Below are positions 6,885-19,944 of a stretch of 20,000 nt of DNA, piece by piece (within the stretch, counting starts at the first letter, position 1; the number at the start of each line of letters is the position of its first letter). The stretch lies in the sequence record DRR723986_4177; one strand, 5' to 3'. The position numbers and the translations under genes are program-made. The notes under the pieces are model-generated. The model was not told where the DNA came from. It was given only the letters and a program-made list of their open reading frames with translations, and searched no databases.

Positions 6885-6911
6885 ACAAATAATCCTGACG
6901 CAGTTTTCGAG

Positions 6912-6940
6912 AAGGCGGGCCAACTAGCCCGCCTTTTTTT
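6912..6940 (+). terminator. Intrinsic terminator after rpmA
   Basis: AAGGCGGGC-caacta-GCCCGCCTT followed by TTTTT. Confidence 0.9.
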
Positions 6941-6984
6941 ATTCATAACGGTTCGGGTGACTATTCGCCACCACCGCAATCTGA

Positions 6985-8064
<1,080 letters not shown>

Positions 8065-8120
8065 CCAGCGTTTTGTCGTTGTTACGTATAGAATTCTCCA
8101 AAATAGATCAGGATTAGATC

Positions 8121-9254
8121 ATGAGTATTCCCACCAGTCAGTCCCAACTTGAGAACGCAAAGCGCGTTGTCATTAAAGTTGGCTCGGCTTTGCTGGTGGA
8201 GGCAACAACAGGCAGCCTTAAGTCTGAATGGCTGTTTGCTCTTACCCGGGATATTGCAACCTTAACCGCGCAAGGCAAACAAGTTGTGCTGGTGTCATCC
8301 GGCGCGGTGGCGCTTGGCCTATCGGGGCTGGGTTTAAGCCAGCGCACCAACCGCCTGGAGGAAGCCCAGGCTGCCGCAGCAATTGGTCAAATCAAACTGG
8401 CCCAAGCTTACCAAAATGCTTTTGCAGAAGAAAATCTCACCACCGCGCAAATATTGCTATCAATCGATGACCTGGAGCATCGCCCACGGTACCTAAACGC
8501 CCGCAACACAGTTGAAACCTTGCTTGAAAGCGGGGCGATACCGATTATTAATGAAAATGACAGCGTCGCTACAAGCGAGATTCGCTTTGGTGACAATGAC
8601 AGATTGGCGGCACGCGTTGCGCAAATGATGAGCGCCGACCTACTGCTTTTACTAAGCGATATTGATGGGCTTTACACGAAAGACCCTCGCAAAAATGCTG
8701 ACGCGGAACTCATTTCCCACGTCAGGGAGATAACCTCTGACATCGAAGCAATGGCCGGTCCTCCAGCTGAAATAACCGTTGGGACAGGCGGCATGATTAC
8801 CAAAATAATGGCAGCTAAAATCGCGCTGGCAGGCGGGTGCTCTATGGTGATTATGGACGGGCGAAAACTGTCGCCTATTGACCGACTAATCGGCTGTGAA
8901 CAATCAACACTTTTTACTGCCTCCAGCGACCCGCTAACACTGCGCAAGCAATGGATTCAGGGTATGATGGCACCCCGGGGCTTTATTCACATAGATGCAG
9001 GGGCCGTCACCGCACTTAAAAACGGCGCAAGCCTATTGCCCGCGGGCGTTACCGCCATTGAAGGGACTTTCCGGCGCGGTGATATGGTGGCCTGCATGGG
9101 GCCAGACAGACACTTATTCGCTCAAGGTTTGGTGGCTTACGATGCAGAGGATGCCGACCGAATTGCAGGCGTAAAATCCACGGACGTGATCAATATTTTA
9201 GGCTATGCTGGCCGGGCATCCATAATCCACCGTGATGATTTGGTGCTTATTTAA
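8121..9254 (+). CDS. proB: Glutamate 5-kinase with PUA domain
   Basis: [32 protein letters not shown] and GTGGM.TK motifs; C-terminal PUA domain ending IIHRDDLV. Confidence 0.97.
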   Translation: MSIPTSQSQLENAKRVVIKVGSALLVEATTGSLKSEWLFALTRDIATLTAQGKQVVLVSSGAVALGLSGLGLSQRTNRLEEAQAAAAIGQIKLAQAYQNAFAEENLTTAQILLSIDDLEHRPRYLNARNTVETLLESGAIPIINENDSVATSEIRFGDNDRLAARVAQMMSADLLLLLSDIDGLYTKDPRKNADAELISHVREITSDIEAMAGPPAEITVGTGGMITKIMAAKIALAGGCSMVIMDGRKLSPIDRLIGCEQSTLFTASSDPLTLRKQWIQGMMAPRGFIHIDAGAVTALKNGASLLPAGVTAIEGTFRRGDMVACMGPDRHLFAQGLVAYDAEDADRIAGVKSTDVINILGYAGRASIIHRDDLVLI

Positions 9255-9274
9255 ACCGTGAAGGCAGCGCACTG

Positions 9275-10549
9275 ATGGTCGAAAGTCAGGACATGGATAC
9301 AGTTAAAGAACTGATGGACCGTATCGGCATGCAAGCGCGCGCGGCCAGTGGTAAGCTTGCCCTTGCACCGACGGACCAAAAAAATCACGCCCTTACACAG
9401 GCTGCCGCTGCCCTGCGCAGTCAAATGAAGCAAATTCTCGCGGCCAACGCCAAAGACATTGAATTTGGCACCGAAAAAGGCCTTTCTGTGGCCATGATTG
9501 ACCGCCTGCTTTTGAACGAGGAACGCATTGAAGCCATTGCCGCCAGCCTGGAAGCCATTGCCGCACTACCAGACCCTGTGGGCGACGAACTGGCAAGGTG
9601 GGACCGCCCAAACGGCCTCAACATCTGCCGCATTCGAGTGCCGCTGGGTGTTATCGGTGTGATTTATGAAAGCCGCCCCAATGTCACTGCTGATGCCGGT
9701 GCCTTGTGCCTAAAGGCTGGCAACGCGGTTATTTTGCGCGGCGGTAGCGAGAGCTTTCACTCAAGCACCGCTATCCATGCATGCCTTCTTGAAGGGCTCA
9801 AAGCCGCTGGGTTACCGACGCATTCAATACAACTGGTTCCCACTCGCGAACGGGCAGCCGTTGGCCATATGCTAACCATGCCTGGCATTATCGACATCAT
9901 TGTGCCGCGCGGCGGGCGTTCACTGGTCGAGCGAGTGCAACGGGAAAGCCGAGTGCCGGTGTTCGCTCACCTTGAAGGCATTTGCCATGTTTATATTCAT
10001 GCGGACGCTGATCCAGCGAAAGCACTTGCGGTTACCGTAAACGCAAAAATGCGCCGCACTGGCATTTGCGGAGCCGCCGAAACATTGCTTATCGACAAAA
10101 GCGCCACCCACACGTTGCCCGCAATTCTGGAGGCTTTGATCGCTGAAGGCTGCGAAATTCGCGGCGACACTACCGTGCAAGGACTGGATGACAGAGTTAA
10201 TGCCGCGAATGAGGAAGATTGGCACACTGAATATCTGGAACCCATCATTTCCATGAAAATTGTCAACGGTATCAACCACGCGCTCGCCCATATTGCCGCA
10301 TACTCATCTGGTCACACGGAAAGTATCGTGACCGAGAACACCGATACGGCAGAACAATTCCTTACCAAAGTAGACAGCGCCATTGTTATGCACAACGCCT
10401 CCACACAATTTGCCGATGGCGGCGAATTTGGGATGGGTGCAGAAATTGGCATCGCGACAGGGCGCATTCACGCACGCGGGCCTGTAGGCCTGGAGCAACT
10501 TACCAGTTTCAAGTATCAGGTTCGCGGCAGCGGCCAAATCCGCCCGTAA
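9275..10549 (+). CDS. proA: Gamma-glutamyl phosphate reductase
   Basis: [17 protein letters not shown], catalytic ICGAAETLL and [33 protein letters not shown]. An alternative start ATG lies at 9293. Confidence 0.97.
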   Translation: MVESQDMDTVKELMDRIGMQARAASGKLALAPTDQKNHALTQAAAALRSQMKQILAANAKDIEFGTEKGLSVAMIDRLLLNEERIEAIAASLEAIAALPDPVGDELARWDRPNGLNICRIRVPLGVIGVIYESRPNVTADAGALCLKAGNAVILRGGSESFHSSTAIHACLLEGLKAAGLPTHSIQLVPTRERAAVGHMLTMPGIIDIIVPRGGRSLVERVQRESRVPVFAHLEGICHVYIHADADPAKALAVTVNAKMRRTGICGAAETLLIDKSATHTLPAILEALIAEGCEIRGDTTVQGLDDRVNAANEEDWHTEYLEPIISMKIVNGINHALAHIAAYSSGHTESIVTENTDTAEQFLTKVDSAIVMHNASTQFADGGEFGMGAEIGIATGRIHARGPVGLEQLTSFKYQVRGSGQIRP

Positions 10550-10558
10550 TTTGCCGTC

Positions 10559-11185
10559 ATGCCGCGCTCTCGCACATTGCCGCTTTTACCACTTGCCAAC
10601 AAATGGCGGGGACGAACCGTTGGCCTTTACGGCGGCAGCTTCAACCCGGCACATGAAGGCCATGTGCATGTGGCCGCAGAGGCAATAAAGCGGCTAAAGC
10701 TCGACGCAGTATGGCTGATGGTAAGCCCCGGTAATCCGCTAAAAGACACTGCAGAACTGGCAAAACGAAAACGCCGCCGAAAAAGCCTGCAGGAAATGGT
10801 TACCGGCCAGCCTAAAATGATGGTGACCGACATTGAAAAGAAATTGGGTACACGCTATAGCGCTGACACAATCGAAGCCTTGCAAAAATTCATGCCAAGA
10901 ACGCGCTTTGTTTGGATCATGGGAGCAGATAATTTGGCTGACTTCCATCGGTGGCGCAACTGGCGCAAAATAGCAGAAATGCTACCCATTGCGATTTTTG
11001 ATCGTCCGGGGTATTCTGTCTCTGGTTTGACCAGTAGGTTTGCGCGGCAATTTGCCCAAAACAAAGTGCCGCACCGCCAACTTCTAGCAAGCCAAACACC
11101 GGCTTGGACCTTTGTTCCCATACCGCGGCACACAGGTTCAGCCACAAACATTCGCCGCCTTAAAGGCAACAAGTGGTGGCGATAA
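10559..11185 (+). CDS. nadD: Nicotinate-nucleotide adenylyltransferase
   Basis: GLYGGSFNPAHEGH (HxGH), VSPGNPLK, WIMGADNL..FH.W..W and a terminal SAT.IR motif. Confidence 0.95.
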   Translation: MPRSRTLPLLPLANKWRGRTVGLYGGSFNPAHEGHVHVAAEAIKRLKLDAVWLMVSPGNPLKDTAELAKRKRRRKSLQEMVTGQPKMMVTDIEKKLGTRYSADTIEALQKFMPRTRFVWIMGADNLADFHRWRNWRKIAEMLPIAIFDRPGYSVSGLTSRFARQFAQNKVPHRQLLASQTPAWTFVPIPRHTGSATNIRRLKGNKWWR

Positions 11186-11202
11186 ATTGAAAGGAAGCCT
11201 AC

Positions 11203-11640
11203 TTGCACGCATCATCGGAGACGCATAGCGTCACTGATCCTGTCCCGGCATTAAGTGCCGAGGATCTTTTGAAATCCGTTATTGCATCATTAGATGACAA
11301 TAAAGCGGAAGACATTACCTCCATCGATTTAGCAGGCAAAACTGGAATTGCTGACTTTATGGTCATCGCAACCGGTAAGTCGCAGCGTCAAGTTGCGGCA
11401 CTGACAGACTATGTCGTCAAGGGCCTTAAAGCACTTGGCCACAAAGATATTGTTGTCCAGGGCCTTGAACAAGCTGACTGGGTACTCATCGATGCTGGCG
11501 ATGTTATTGCGCATATATTCCGGCCTGAGGTTAGAAGCTTTTATAATCTGGACAAATTATGGACAACAGACGTCGATGCTGACCAGCCAGCAGAAGATGC
11601 CAGTTCAGATGCCAGTACTGATGAACGAGTTTTGAACTAG
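11203..11640 (+). CDS. rsfS: Ribosome silencing factor (Iojap family)
   Basis: LDDNKAEDI..IDL, ADFMVIATG.S.RQV and WVLIDAGDVIAHIFRPEVRSFYNLDKLW. TTG start 7 bp after AAAGGA. Confidence 0.95.
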   Translation: MHASSETHSVTDPVPALSAEDLLKSVIASLDDNKAEDITSIDLAGKTGIADFMVIATGKSQRQVAALTDYVVKGLKALGHKDIVVQGLEQADWVLIDAGDVIAHIFRPEVRSFYNLDKLWTTDVDADQPAEDASSDASTDERVLN

Positions 11641-11721
11641 ATGCACCATGCGTCGTTGTTCGGCGCAAAACGGGCCGCATAGTTTATACAGAAACCGGGC
11701 ATGTGCCGCGGAGAGGTTTTT

Positions 11722-12183
11722 TTGCACATTTCAATCATAGCCATTGGTCGAATGCAGCGAGGGCCAGAGCATGGCCTGATGACTGAATATTTGGGCCGCC
11801 TGCCGTGGAAACACTCTGTTACTGAAATCGAAATCAAAAAACAATCTGCCAACAGTGCGGAACGCAAAGCGCGCGAGGCGGAAAAGCTGTTAACGGCTGT
11901 GCCTGTGGGCGCAATGATTGTTGCGCTGGACGAAGGCGGTAAAGGTCTGAATTCTCGCGCATTTGCTGCCAAAATTGACGAATGGCAATCCACTGGCATT
12001 CGTGACATTGCCTTTATTATTGGCGGCGCAGACGGGCTGGACCCAAGCATCCTGGCTAAAGCACACCTGAAGCTCGCTTTTGGGGCGCTTACATGGCCAC
12101 ATATGCTCGTGCGCGCCATGCTGGCAGAACAAATTTACCGGGCATGGTCAATTAATGCTGGGCATCCGTATCACAGAGATTAA
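11722..12183 (+). CDS. rlmH: 23S rRNA pseudouridine-1915 N3-methyltransferase
   Basis: ALDEGGK...S..FA, FIIGGADGL, LTWPHMLVR.ML.EQIYRA.SI..GHPYHR. Start moved to TTG 11722, which follows GGAGAGG and gives the family-typical N-terminus (M)HISIIAIGR. Confidence 0.95.
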   Translation: MHISIIAIGRMQRGPEHGLMTEYLGRLPWKHSVTEIEIKKQSANSAERKAREAEKLLTAVPVGAMIVALDEGGKGLNSRAFAAKIDEWQSTGIRDIAFIIGGADGLDPSILAKAHLKLAFGALTWPHMLVRAMLAEQIYRAWSINAGHPYHRD

Positions 12184-12218
12184 ACTGCATTCCCTGATAT
12201 TTTTTAGGACTGAATTCA

Positions 12219-13766
12219 ATGACTGAAAATGGCAACTCTGTGAAAAAGCCGGTCATCCTGTGTATTTTGGATGGATGGGGCTACAGCGATGACATTGAAC
12301 ATAATGCCATCAAACAAGCCAACACTCCTACCTATGATCGCCTTTGGAACAGTTGCCCGCGCGCATGGCTAAAAACCAGTGGCTTAGCGGTTGGTCTGCC
12401 AGACGGGCAAATGGGCAATTCTGAAGTTGGCCATATGAATTTGGGTGGTGGCCGGGTAATGCTGCAGGACCTGCCGCGTATTGATAGCGCAATTGAAAAC
12501 GGTAGCTTGGCGACAAACCCCGAATTAGTTACCTTTACAGAAAAGCTAAAAGCAACCGGGGGGGCCGCACACCTAATGGGCCTGATGTCACCCGGCGGCG
12601 TGCACAGCCACCAAGACCATATGGCAGCACTGGCCAATATTCTGTCAGAGGCAGGCATCACGGTTCATATTCATGCCTTTCTTGATGGCCGCGATACACC
12701 GCCAAAATCAGCTTTAGGCTTTGTACAAGCCTTCGAAGCGAGTTTATCACACCCTAAACTGGCGAAAATCAGCACTGTGACAGGCCGGTATTTTGCCATG
12801 GACCGAGACAAGCGCTGGGACCGTGTTGAACAGGCATACAGAGTTATCACAGCAGCAAAATCAGAACATACCGCGCCGTCTGCAACAGCTGCAATTGAAG
12901 CGGCCTATTCGCGCGGCGAAAACGATGAATTCACCAAGCCAACAGTGATAGAAGGCTACCGCGGCATTGAAGACAACGACGGACTTTTGATGGCCAACTT
13001 CCGCGCAGACCGCGCCAGAGAGATTTTAACCACGCTACTTGACCCCGACTTCTGCGAGTTTGACCGCAAGGCCTCACCGCCCTTTAGCACAGCGCTGGGT
13101 ATGGTTGACTATTCCTCTGCGCTCAGCCAGTTCCATCCTATTATGTTTCCCTCCATCGAGGTTAAAAACAGCCTTGGTGAAGTGCTTGCCCAAAACGACG
13201 TGGCGCAATTACGTATTGCCGAAACCGAAAAATACGCCCATGTAACTTTCTTCTTTAACGGTGGGGTTGAACCTGTTTTTAAAGGTGAAGACCGCATTCT
13301 GGTCCCTTCCCCTGATGTTGCGACCTATGACCTTAAACCAGAAATGTCTGCCTACGAAGTAACAGAGGAGCTTGAGAAAGCGATTGCCAGCGGCAAATAC
13401 GGCGCGGTCATCGTTAACTTCGCCAACCCGGACATGGTGGGGCATACGGGTATAATGTCGGCTGCGATCAAAGCTGTTGAAACCATCGATGCTTGCTTGG
13501 CCCGGCTGGAAACGGCATCGAAAAATGCTGGGGCCGCTCTACTGGTTACAGCTGACCACGGCAACGTAGAAATGATGCTGGACACCGAGTCCGGACAGCC
13601 GCATACAGCGCACACTTCTTTTGATGTACCCTTGTTGATGATCAATCATGACGGCCCTCTTGCCGACGGCAGCTTGTCTGACATCGCCCCGACTATGCTG
13701 TCGATTTTAGGCTTAAGTCAGCCCACAGAAATGACTGGCAACAGCTTGGTTAGTTCTGAGATTTGA
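12219..13766 (+). CDS. gpmI: 2,3-bisphosphoglycerate-independent phosphoglycerate mutase
   Basis: ILDGWG, GQMGNSEVGH, GRYFAMDRDKRW, AETEKYAHVTFFFNGG, NPDMVGHTG, TADHGN and HTAHT motifs. Confidence 0.98.
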   Translation: MTENGNSVKKPVILCILDGWGYSDDIEHNAIKQANTPTYDRLWNSCPRAWLKTSGLAVGLPDGQMGNSEVGHMNLGGGRVMLQDLPRIDSAIENGSLATNPELVTFTEKLKATGGAAHLMGLMSPGGVHSHQDHMAALANILSEAGITVHIHAFLDGRDTPPKSALGFVQAFEASLSHPKLAKISTVTGRYFAMDRDKRWDRVEQAYRVITAAKSEHTAPSATAAIEAAYSRGENDEFTKPTVIEGYRGIEDNDGLLMANFRADRAREILTTLLDPDFCEFDRKASPPFSTALGMVDYSSALSQFHPIMFPSIEVKNSLGEVLAQNDVAQLRIAETEKYAHVTFFFNGGVEPVFKGEDRILVPSPDVATYDLKPEMSAYEVTEELEKAIASGKYGAVIVNFANPDMVGHTGIMSAAIKAVETIDACLARLETASKNAGAALLVTADHGNVEMMLDTESGQPHTAHTSFDVPLLMINHDGPLADGSLSDIAPTMLSILGLSQPTEMTGNSLVSSEI

Positions 13767-13797
13767 TAATAGTGGAAGACGCACCCTGACCCTAAAA

Positions 13798-15030
13798 TTG
13801 TCCTCATATCAAGCCAATAGATTCGCGTTATTCTGCCAGCATATTCTGGTGGCAATAGTAGGGGGGCTTATATCATTTGGTGTCGTTGCTCAAGAAAGCT
13901 CCACTGAAGCCAAAGAAAAACTTGAACAACTCGAGGCTGAATTGGCTGCAGGTGAGCGGCAGAAAGATATTCTGACGCAGCAGTCGCGTCGTGCCTTGGC
14001 AGCAGCAGATAAGGTTTCAGCTTCGCTCATTGAAGTTGCCAAAAATATTCAGGTGGCTGAAGGCAATGTTTCCCGATTGGAAATGCGTATTGAGGCGCTG
14101 GAAAAAGAGATGACTGACAAACGCACATCTTTGCTGACCAATAATGATAATATCGTCGAGTTGATCGCCGCCGTTGAAAGACTATCGAAACGACCCGCTG
14201 TGCTTGCTTTGCTAAAGCCGGGTGATGCTTTAACCACCGCCCGCTCAACCAGCTTAATGGCATCGCTGATTCCCACAATTGATGCCAAAGCAACCAAATT
14301 GCGCGCTGATTTAACCTTGCTGGCGCAAATTCAGACACAACTTTCCGATGAGCGATTTAGCCTTAAAAATGGTTTGCAGGACTTAACAAAAAATCAACAA
14401 AGTCTTGCTTCATTGTTTGAAAGTCGGAGAGCCGAAGCGGGGCAAGCCAATGCGCGTGCGCAAGCATTGACACGTGAACTGAAAACTTTCAGCGATGAGG
14501 CTAGCTCTCTTAGGGAGTTGATCGCGAAACTGGAACAACAGGCCGCAAAACAGCGGTCACTGGCGGTAAGCCGTGATACTCCGAAGACAATTGAACGCCC
14601 ATTTAGTAGTTTGGGTAAAGCGTTAAGCGAACTGAAAGGACAATTGCCCTACCCTGCAATTGGCACAATTGCACAACGGTTTGGCGCACGCGACGGTGTG
14701 GGCAATGCAAAGGGAATACGTATTCGCACGCGAAACAATGCGCAGGTTATTTCGCCCTATGATGGCAGCATTGTTTTTGCCGGACCGTTCAGAAACTATG
14801 GTCTACTGTTGATCATTGACCACGGAGATGGTTACCATAGTCTGCTGGCAGGTTTTGATACGCTGCAAAGCACGGTTGGTCAGTGGGTGTTAATGGGCGA
14901 GCCTATAGGCACGATGCCATCCCGCACCGGTCAAACGGAGGCTGGTGAATTGTATCTGGAGCTAAGACGAGGCGGAACTGCTATTAACCCGCTGCCATGG
15001 CTGCAAAAACAAACAGCCAGCGCGCGCTGA
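13798..15030 (+). CDS. envC: Murein hydrolase activator EnvC family protein (coiled coil plus degenerate M23/LytM domain)
   Basis: Signal-like hydrophobic N-terminus, long coiled coil, and a C-terminal M23 fold (GQLPYPA.G, YGLLLIIDHGDGY, LYLELRR...INP.PWL) lacking the Zn ligands, as expected for EnvC. It lies between gpmI and ctpA. The start codon is uncertain. Confidence 0.88.
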   Translation: MSSYQANRFALFCQHILVAIVGGLISFGVVAQESSTEAKEKLEQLEAELAAGERQKDILTQQSRRALAAADKVSASLIEVAKNIQVAEGNVSRLEMRIEALEKEMTDKRTSLLTNNDNIVELIAAVERLSKRPAVLALLKPGDALTTARSTSLMASLIPTIDAKATKLRADLTLLAQIQTQLSDERFSLKNGLQDLTKNQQSLASLFESRRAEAGQANARAQALTRELKTFSDEASSLRELIAKLEQQAAKQRSLAVSRDTPKTIERPFSSLGKALSELKGQLPYPAIGTIAQRFGARDGVGNAKGIRIRTRNNAQVISPYDGSIVFAGPFRNYGLLLIIDHGDGYHSLLAGFDTLQSTVGQWVLMGEPIGTMPSRTGQTEAGELYLELRRGGTAINPLPWLQKQTASAR

Positions 15031-15112
15031 TAACATAAGACGCGCGGCTGTGAAGAATAAGCCCAAGGGTATGGTTACCCTATATTGGGCATAATTGATG
15101 AAAGGTTTCGAC

Positions 15113-16453
15113 ATGCGTAAATTGATAACCGGCGCATTCTTGGCATTGGCAATTTCCTTACCCGGGCACACGGCTGCATCGGGTGATGAAGAAGAATTTT
15201 ACGAACGCCTGAATACCATGATGCGTATTTTTGATATGGTGCGCAAAGAATATGTCGACGAAGTAGACGACAAAGAAGTGATCGAAGCCGCAATTCAAGG
15301 CATGCTCAAGTCTCTAGACCCTCACTCCACCTACCTGAACCCTGAAGTATACAAACAGGTGCGCGTGCAGATGGAAGGTGAATACGGCGGGCTTGGCATT
15401 GAAGTGCAAATGGAAAATGGTCTTGTTAAGGTTGTTTCTCCCATTGATGAAACACCCGCGGCCAATGCAGGAATTCAAGGTGGTGACCTAATAACCCACA
15501 TAAATGGGAATGCCGTCGTTGGCAAAACGTTGACCGAAGCTGTAAGGCAAATGCGAGGCCCCGTCGGATCAGCCATCACCATCACTGTTGTGCGCGAGGA
15601 AGAGCCTGCGCCCTTTGAAGTTGAAATAACCCGCGAAAAAATATTAGTGCGCTCAGTGCGCCACCGTATTGAAGATGAGACAATTGGGTATATTCGTGTC
15701 ACCACATTTAATATGCAGTCTGGTACAGGCGTTGAAAAAGCTATCCGGTCTATTGTTGATGAGCTTGGCAGCGACCTTGACGGCGTTGTCCTTGACCTAC
15801 GCAATAACCCGGGCGGGCTTCTGGATGAGGCCATCAGAATTTCTGATGCCTTTCTCGACCGCGGAGAAATTGTTTCAACCCGCGGCAGGCGCAAGCAGAA
15901 CAACAGCCGTTGGCATGCCACCACCGGAGACATGCTGAATGGTGTGCCAGTTGTTGTGTTGGTAAATGCATATTCTGCATCGGCATCTGAAATTGTTGCG
16001 GGTGCACTGCAAGACCATCGCCGTGCCGTATTGCTGGGCGACCGTACTTTTGGCAAAGGCACTGTGCAAAGTGAAATTCGCCTAGGCGGTAGAGGCAATC
16101 AGGCTGTGCGCTTGACCACAGCACGTTACTTCACACCAAGCGGCACCTCTATTCAAGAGCGCGGCATTGAACCGGACATTGAAGTTTTGTTCCCAAGTCA
16201 ACGACGGGCAAAACAGCGTCGCGAAGCAGACTTGCAAGGGCATATTACCAATGACCAGCAAACACAGGACAGGGCCGGCGAATATGATGAGCCATTGCCG
16301 GAAGACCAGGCAGAAAAGCCTGCTGAGCCTGCCGAGCAATCCGATGAAACTCCGGTAGACATTCAGCTTCGCTATGCGATCAAGCTTTTGAAAAACATGT
16401 CTGTTTTACCAAAAGAGCAGATAGCAGAACTTCAACAACCGGCTTCGCGCTAG
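15113..16453 (+). CDS. ctpA: Carboxyl-terminal processing protease (S41A, PDZ domain)
   Basis: LDPHS.Y, PDZ GGLGI, LDLRNNPGGLL, catalytic SASASE and FGKG, TTARYFTPSG.SIQ..GI.PDI. Start placed at ATG 15113 after GAAAGG, giving the signal peptide MRKLITGAFLALA. Confidence 0.93.
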   Translation: MRKLITGAFLALAISLPGHTAASGDEEEFYERLNTMMRIFDMVRKEYVDEVDDKEVIEAAIQGMLKSLDPHSTYLNPEVYKQVRVQMEGEYGGLGIEVQMENGLVKVVSPIDETPAANAGIQGGDLITHINGNAVVGKTLTEAVRQMRGPVGSAITITVVREEEPAPFEVEITREKILVRSVRHRIEDETIGYIRVTTFNMQSGTGVEKAIRSIVDELGSDLDGVVLDLRNNPGGLLDEAIRISDAFLDRGEIVSTRGRRKQNNSRWHATTGDMLNGVPVVVLVNAYSASASEIVAGALQDHRRAVLLGDRTFGKGTVQSEIRLGGRGNQAVRLTTARYFTPSGTSIQERGIEPDIEVLFPSQRRAKQRREADLQGHITNDQQTQDRAGEYDEPLPEDQAEKPAEPAEQSDETPVDIQLRYAIKLLKNMSVLPKEQIAELQQPASR

Positions 16454-16468
16454 AATTTAGCTTAAATC

Positions 16469-16500
16469 CACAAGCCGAACCCCAGTTCGGTTTGTGTTTC
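16469..16500 (+). terminator. Stem-loop after ctpA (weak terminator or mRNA-stabilising hairpin)
   Basis: CACAAGCCGAAC-ccca-GTTCGGTTTGTG (12 bp with one G-U pair) followed by TTTC. Confidence 0.55.
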
Positions 16501-16556
16501 ATTAAGAATTTTCTCGTATATTTCGGCTAATTCACGACGGATGCGAGAAAACTAGT

Positions 16557-17561
16557 ATGCCAACCAGCTCGAAATCACTTGTTATCGCCTGGGCTATGAC
16601 GCTGTTCGTTGTAGTCGGCGGCGTTGGTTTGCTTGAGGTCACCTATGACCCATCAGGCTCGGAGGATTCTGCTTCCCCACCCGGAAAAAGCACCGCCACT
16701 GCAGAGCCAAATGCCCCAGAAGAAGAGCCTGAAGAAACCTTCAGGCCCATCCCCGTTCAGGCAGTTGCGGAAATGCTGGAAATGTCAGACCATGGCCCCC
16801 TGCCTATCATCGCGCCTGATGGTCGTAGGCCTTATGAAACATATGCTGCCATGCCAGTTACAGCACCAGAGGCCGGAAAAATTGCCATTATCGTAACGGA
16901 CATGGGCAAAATTTCCCGCGTAACACGGCGAGCGCTGGCAGACATGCCCGAAAATACAACCTTTGCTTTTTCACCGCTTGGCCAGGGCATTAATGGCTGG
17001 GCAGAACAAGCTCGGCGGGCGGGCCATGAAACCTTGCTGATGATTCCCATGGAACCTGCAAACTATCCGCAAGATGACCCCGGGCCGCTCACGCTTTTGG
17101 CGGCGCAAACCCCGGAGCAAAACCTAAATTTAATGCATGCGTCCATGGCCAATCTAAAAGGGTACTTGGGCATAATGAATAACAAGGGTTCGCGCTTTAC
17201 CGCCGCAAGGGAAAGCATGCGCCCGATGATGCAAGAGCTTGATAAGCGCGGCCTGATGTATCTGGACAGTCAAAGTACGCCCTATTCTGCCGGGCCTGAA
17301 CTTGCACGCGAAATGGGCGTGCCTTTCGCTATCAATAGTCGGCGTGGCTTTCTGGACGAAGAGCTATCAGCCGCCGTTATCAGCGAGCGGTTGGACGCAT
17401 TAGAGAAAAGAGCCACTCAAGACGGGTTTGCTGTTGGCATTATTAGGCCCTATCCTGTATCCATTGAAGCAATAAGCAGTTGGGCAGCAGAACTGGAAGC
17501 CCGTGGGTCAGTTCTGGTGCCAATATCTCAAGTCGCCAACCATCAACCAAAAACACCATGA
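16557..17561 (+). CDS. Divergent polysaccharide deacetylase family protein (YibQ-like), N-terminally membrane-anchored
   Basis: N-terminal TM segment and Pro/Glu linker, then IAIIVTDMG, GHETLLMIPMEP.NYP..DPGP.TL, G.MN..GSRFT, RGLMYLDS and G.AVGI..P.P.S motifs; conserved position after ctpA. Confidence 0.9.
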   Translation: MPTSSKSLVIAWAMTLFVVVGGVGLLEVTYDPSGSEDSASPPGKSTATAEPNAPEEEPEETFRPIPVQAVAEMLEMSDHGPLPIIAPDGRRPYETYAAMPVTAPEAGKIAIIVTDMGKISRVTRRALADMPENTTFAFSPLGQGINGWAEQARRAGHETLLMIPMEPANYPQDDPGPLTLLAAQTPEQNLNLMHASMANLKGYLGIMNNKGSRFTAARESMRPMMQELDKRGLMYLDSQSTPYSAGPELAREMGVPFAINSRRGFLDEELSAAVISERLDALEKRATQDGFAVGIIRPYPVSIEAISSWAAELEARGSVLVPISQVANHQPKTP

Positions 17562-17565
17562 TAGC

Positions 17566-18036
17566 ATGACGCAAAACACACATCCAAACCTACCTTACCG
17601 GCCCTGTGTCGGCATTATGCTCATGAATGGTAACGGCAAAATATTCACAGGCGAACGATTGGACACACCCGGCGCATGGCAAATGCCGCAAGGGGGCATC
17701 GACGAGGGCGAAAAGCCAGAAGACGCCGCCATACGCGAGTTGGAAGAAGAAACCGGCATTACGGCAAAGCATATAACGATTAGCGGCCAAACCGCTGACT
17801 GGGTTTTATATGACCTACCGCCTCACTTACTCGGGAAATTATGGCGCGGCAAATATGCCGGACAAAAGCAACTATGGTTTAAAATGCACTTCACTGGCGA
17901 CGATAGTGCAATTGATATTCAAACAAAACACCCAGAGTTTGGCCGCTGGAAATGGTCTGACCCGCAGGATGTGGTTACTGAAATTGTCGAATTCAAGCGC
18001 AGTGTCTACAAAGAAGTATTGCAACTTTTACTCTGA
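17566..18036 (+). CDS. rppH: RNA pyrophosphohydrolase (Nudix)
   Basis: LPYRPCVGIML, WQMPQGGIDEGE.PEDAA.RELEEETG (Nudix box), GQKQ.WF and HPEF..W.W. Start placed at ATG 17566, just after the upstream stop. Confidence 0.95.
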   Translation: MTQNTHPNLPYRPCVGIMLMNGNGKIFTGERLDTPGAWQMPQGGIDEGEKPEDAAIRELEEETGITAKHITISGQTADWVLYDLPPHLLGKLWRGKYAGQKQLWFKMHFTGDDSAIDIQTKHPEFGRWKWSDPQDVVTEIVEFKRSVYKEVLQLLL

Positions 18037-18047
18037 GAAGCAGGCAC

Positions 18048-18071
18048 AAAAAAAGCGCCAAAAAGGCGCTT
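18048..18071 (-). terminator. Intrinsic terminator of the atp operon, possibly also serving rppH
   Basis: The minus strand reads AAGCGCC-ttttt-GGCGCTT-TTTTT; it lies between the convergent rppH and atpC stop codons. Confidence 0.8.
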
Positions 18072-18097
18072 AATTTTATGATTTAATTGCTTGGTAT

Positions 18098-18502
18098 TCA
18101 GGAAACAATTTCTGACAAGGTTGTCATCCACAACAGTTCCGTTTCCGCAAGACCACGCTCAATATCATCAGAGGCCGCATTCACCGCATCCTGAGCTTTT
18201 GCAATATCCGCCGAAAGTTCAGCAGCATCAACCGTGTTCAGATCAATCATGTCTTCTGCGAGAATGGTCAAACCAGTTGCACTAATTTGTGCCAAGCCGC
18301 TTTTAACAAAAAGCTGTTCAGGCTCAGCTGCCTCAGTTTCAAATATTTGAATAACACCAGGGCGAATGGTGGACATCATAGGCGCGTGAGCAGGCATGGC
18401 GCCAAAGTCGCCATCGGTGCCCGGCACCACAACCATCGCCACTTCAGCGTCCTTGAGAAGGCGCTCCGGCGAAACAATTTCCAAATGCAGCGTATCTGTC
18501 AT
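18098..18502 (-). CDS. atpC: F0F1 ATP synthase subunit epsilon
   Basis: LHLEIVSPERLL, VVVPG.DGDFG.MP.HAP..S..RPG, FV.SG.A; directly downstream of atpD. ATG at 18502 preferred over TTG at 18511. Confidence 0.95.
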   Translation of the reverse strand: MTDTLHLEIVSPERLLKDAEVAMVVVPGTDGDFGAMPAHAPMMSTIRPGVIQIFETEAAEPEQLFVKSGLAQISATGLTILAEDMIDLNTVDAAELSADIAKAQDAVNAASDDIERGLAETELLWMTTLSEIVS

Positions 18503-18522
18503 GATATCCAACTAGCCTTAGA

Positions 18523-19944
<1,422 letters not shown>

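Noticed and set aside
10760..10790. Basic run KRKRRRK in NadD as a special targeting signal
   Set aside because: It lies within the normal domain with no length change, and the protein is basic overall; nothing supports a separate function.
11595..11616. AGATGCCAGT repeated with a 12-bp period in the rsfS tail
   Set aside because: A small in-frame duplication in a disordered acidic tail; ordinary.
11637..12119. 160-aa antisense ORF over rlmH (likewise 15475-16098, 7560-8000, 9920-10291 and 19363-19809)
   Set aside because: These are shadow ORFs opposite well-conserved genes, with no recognisable motifs; they are expected from codon bias.
14620..15030. Missing Zn-binding residues in the M23 domain as a sign of pseudogenisation
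   Set aside because: A degenerate LytM domain is the established hallmark of EnvC amidase activators, and the ORF is intact.
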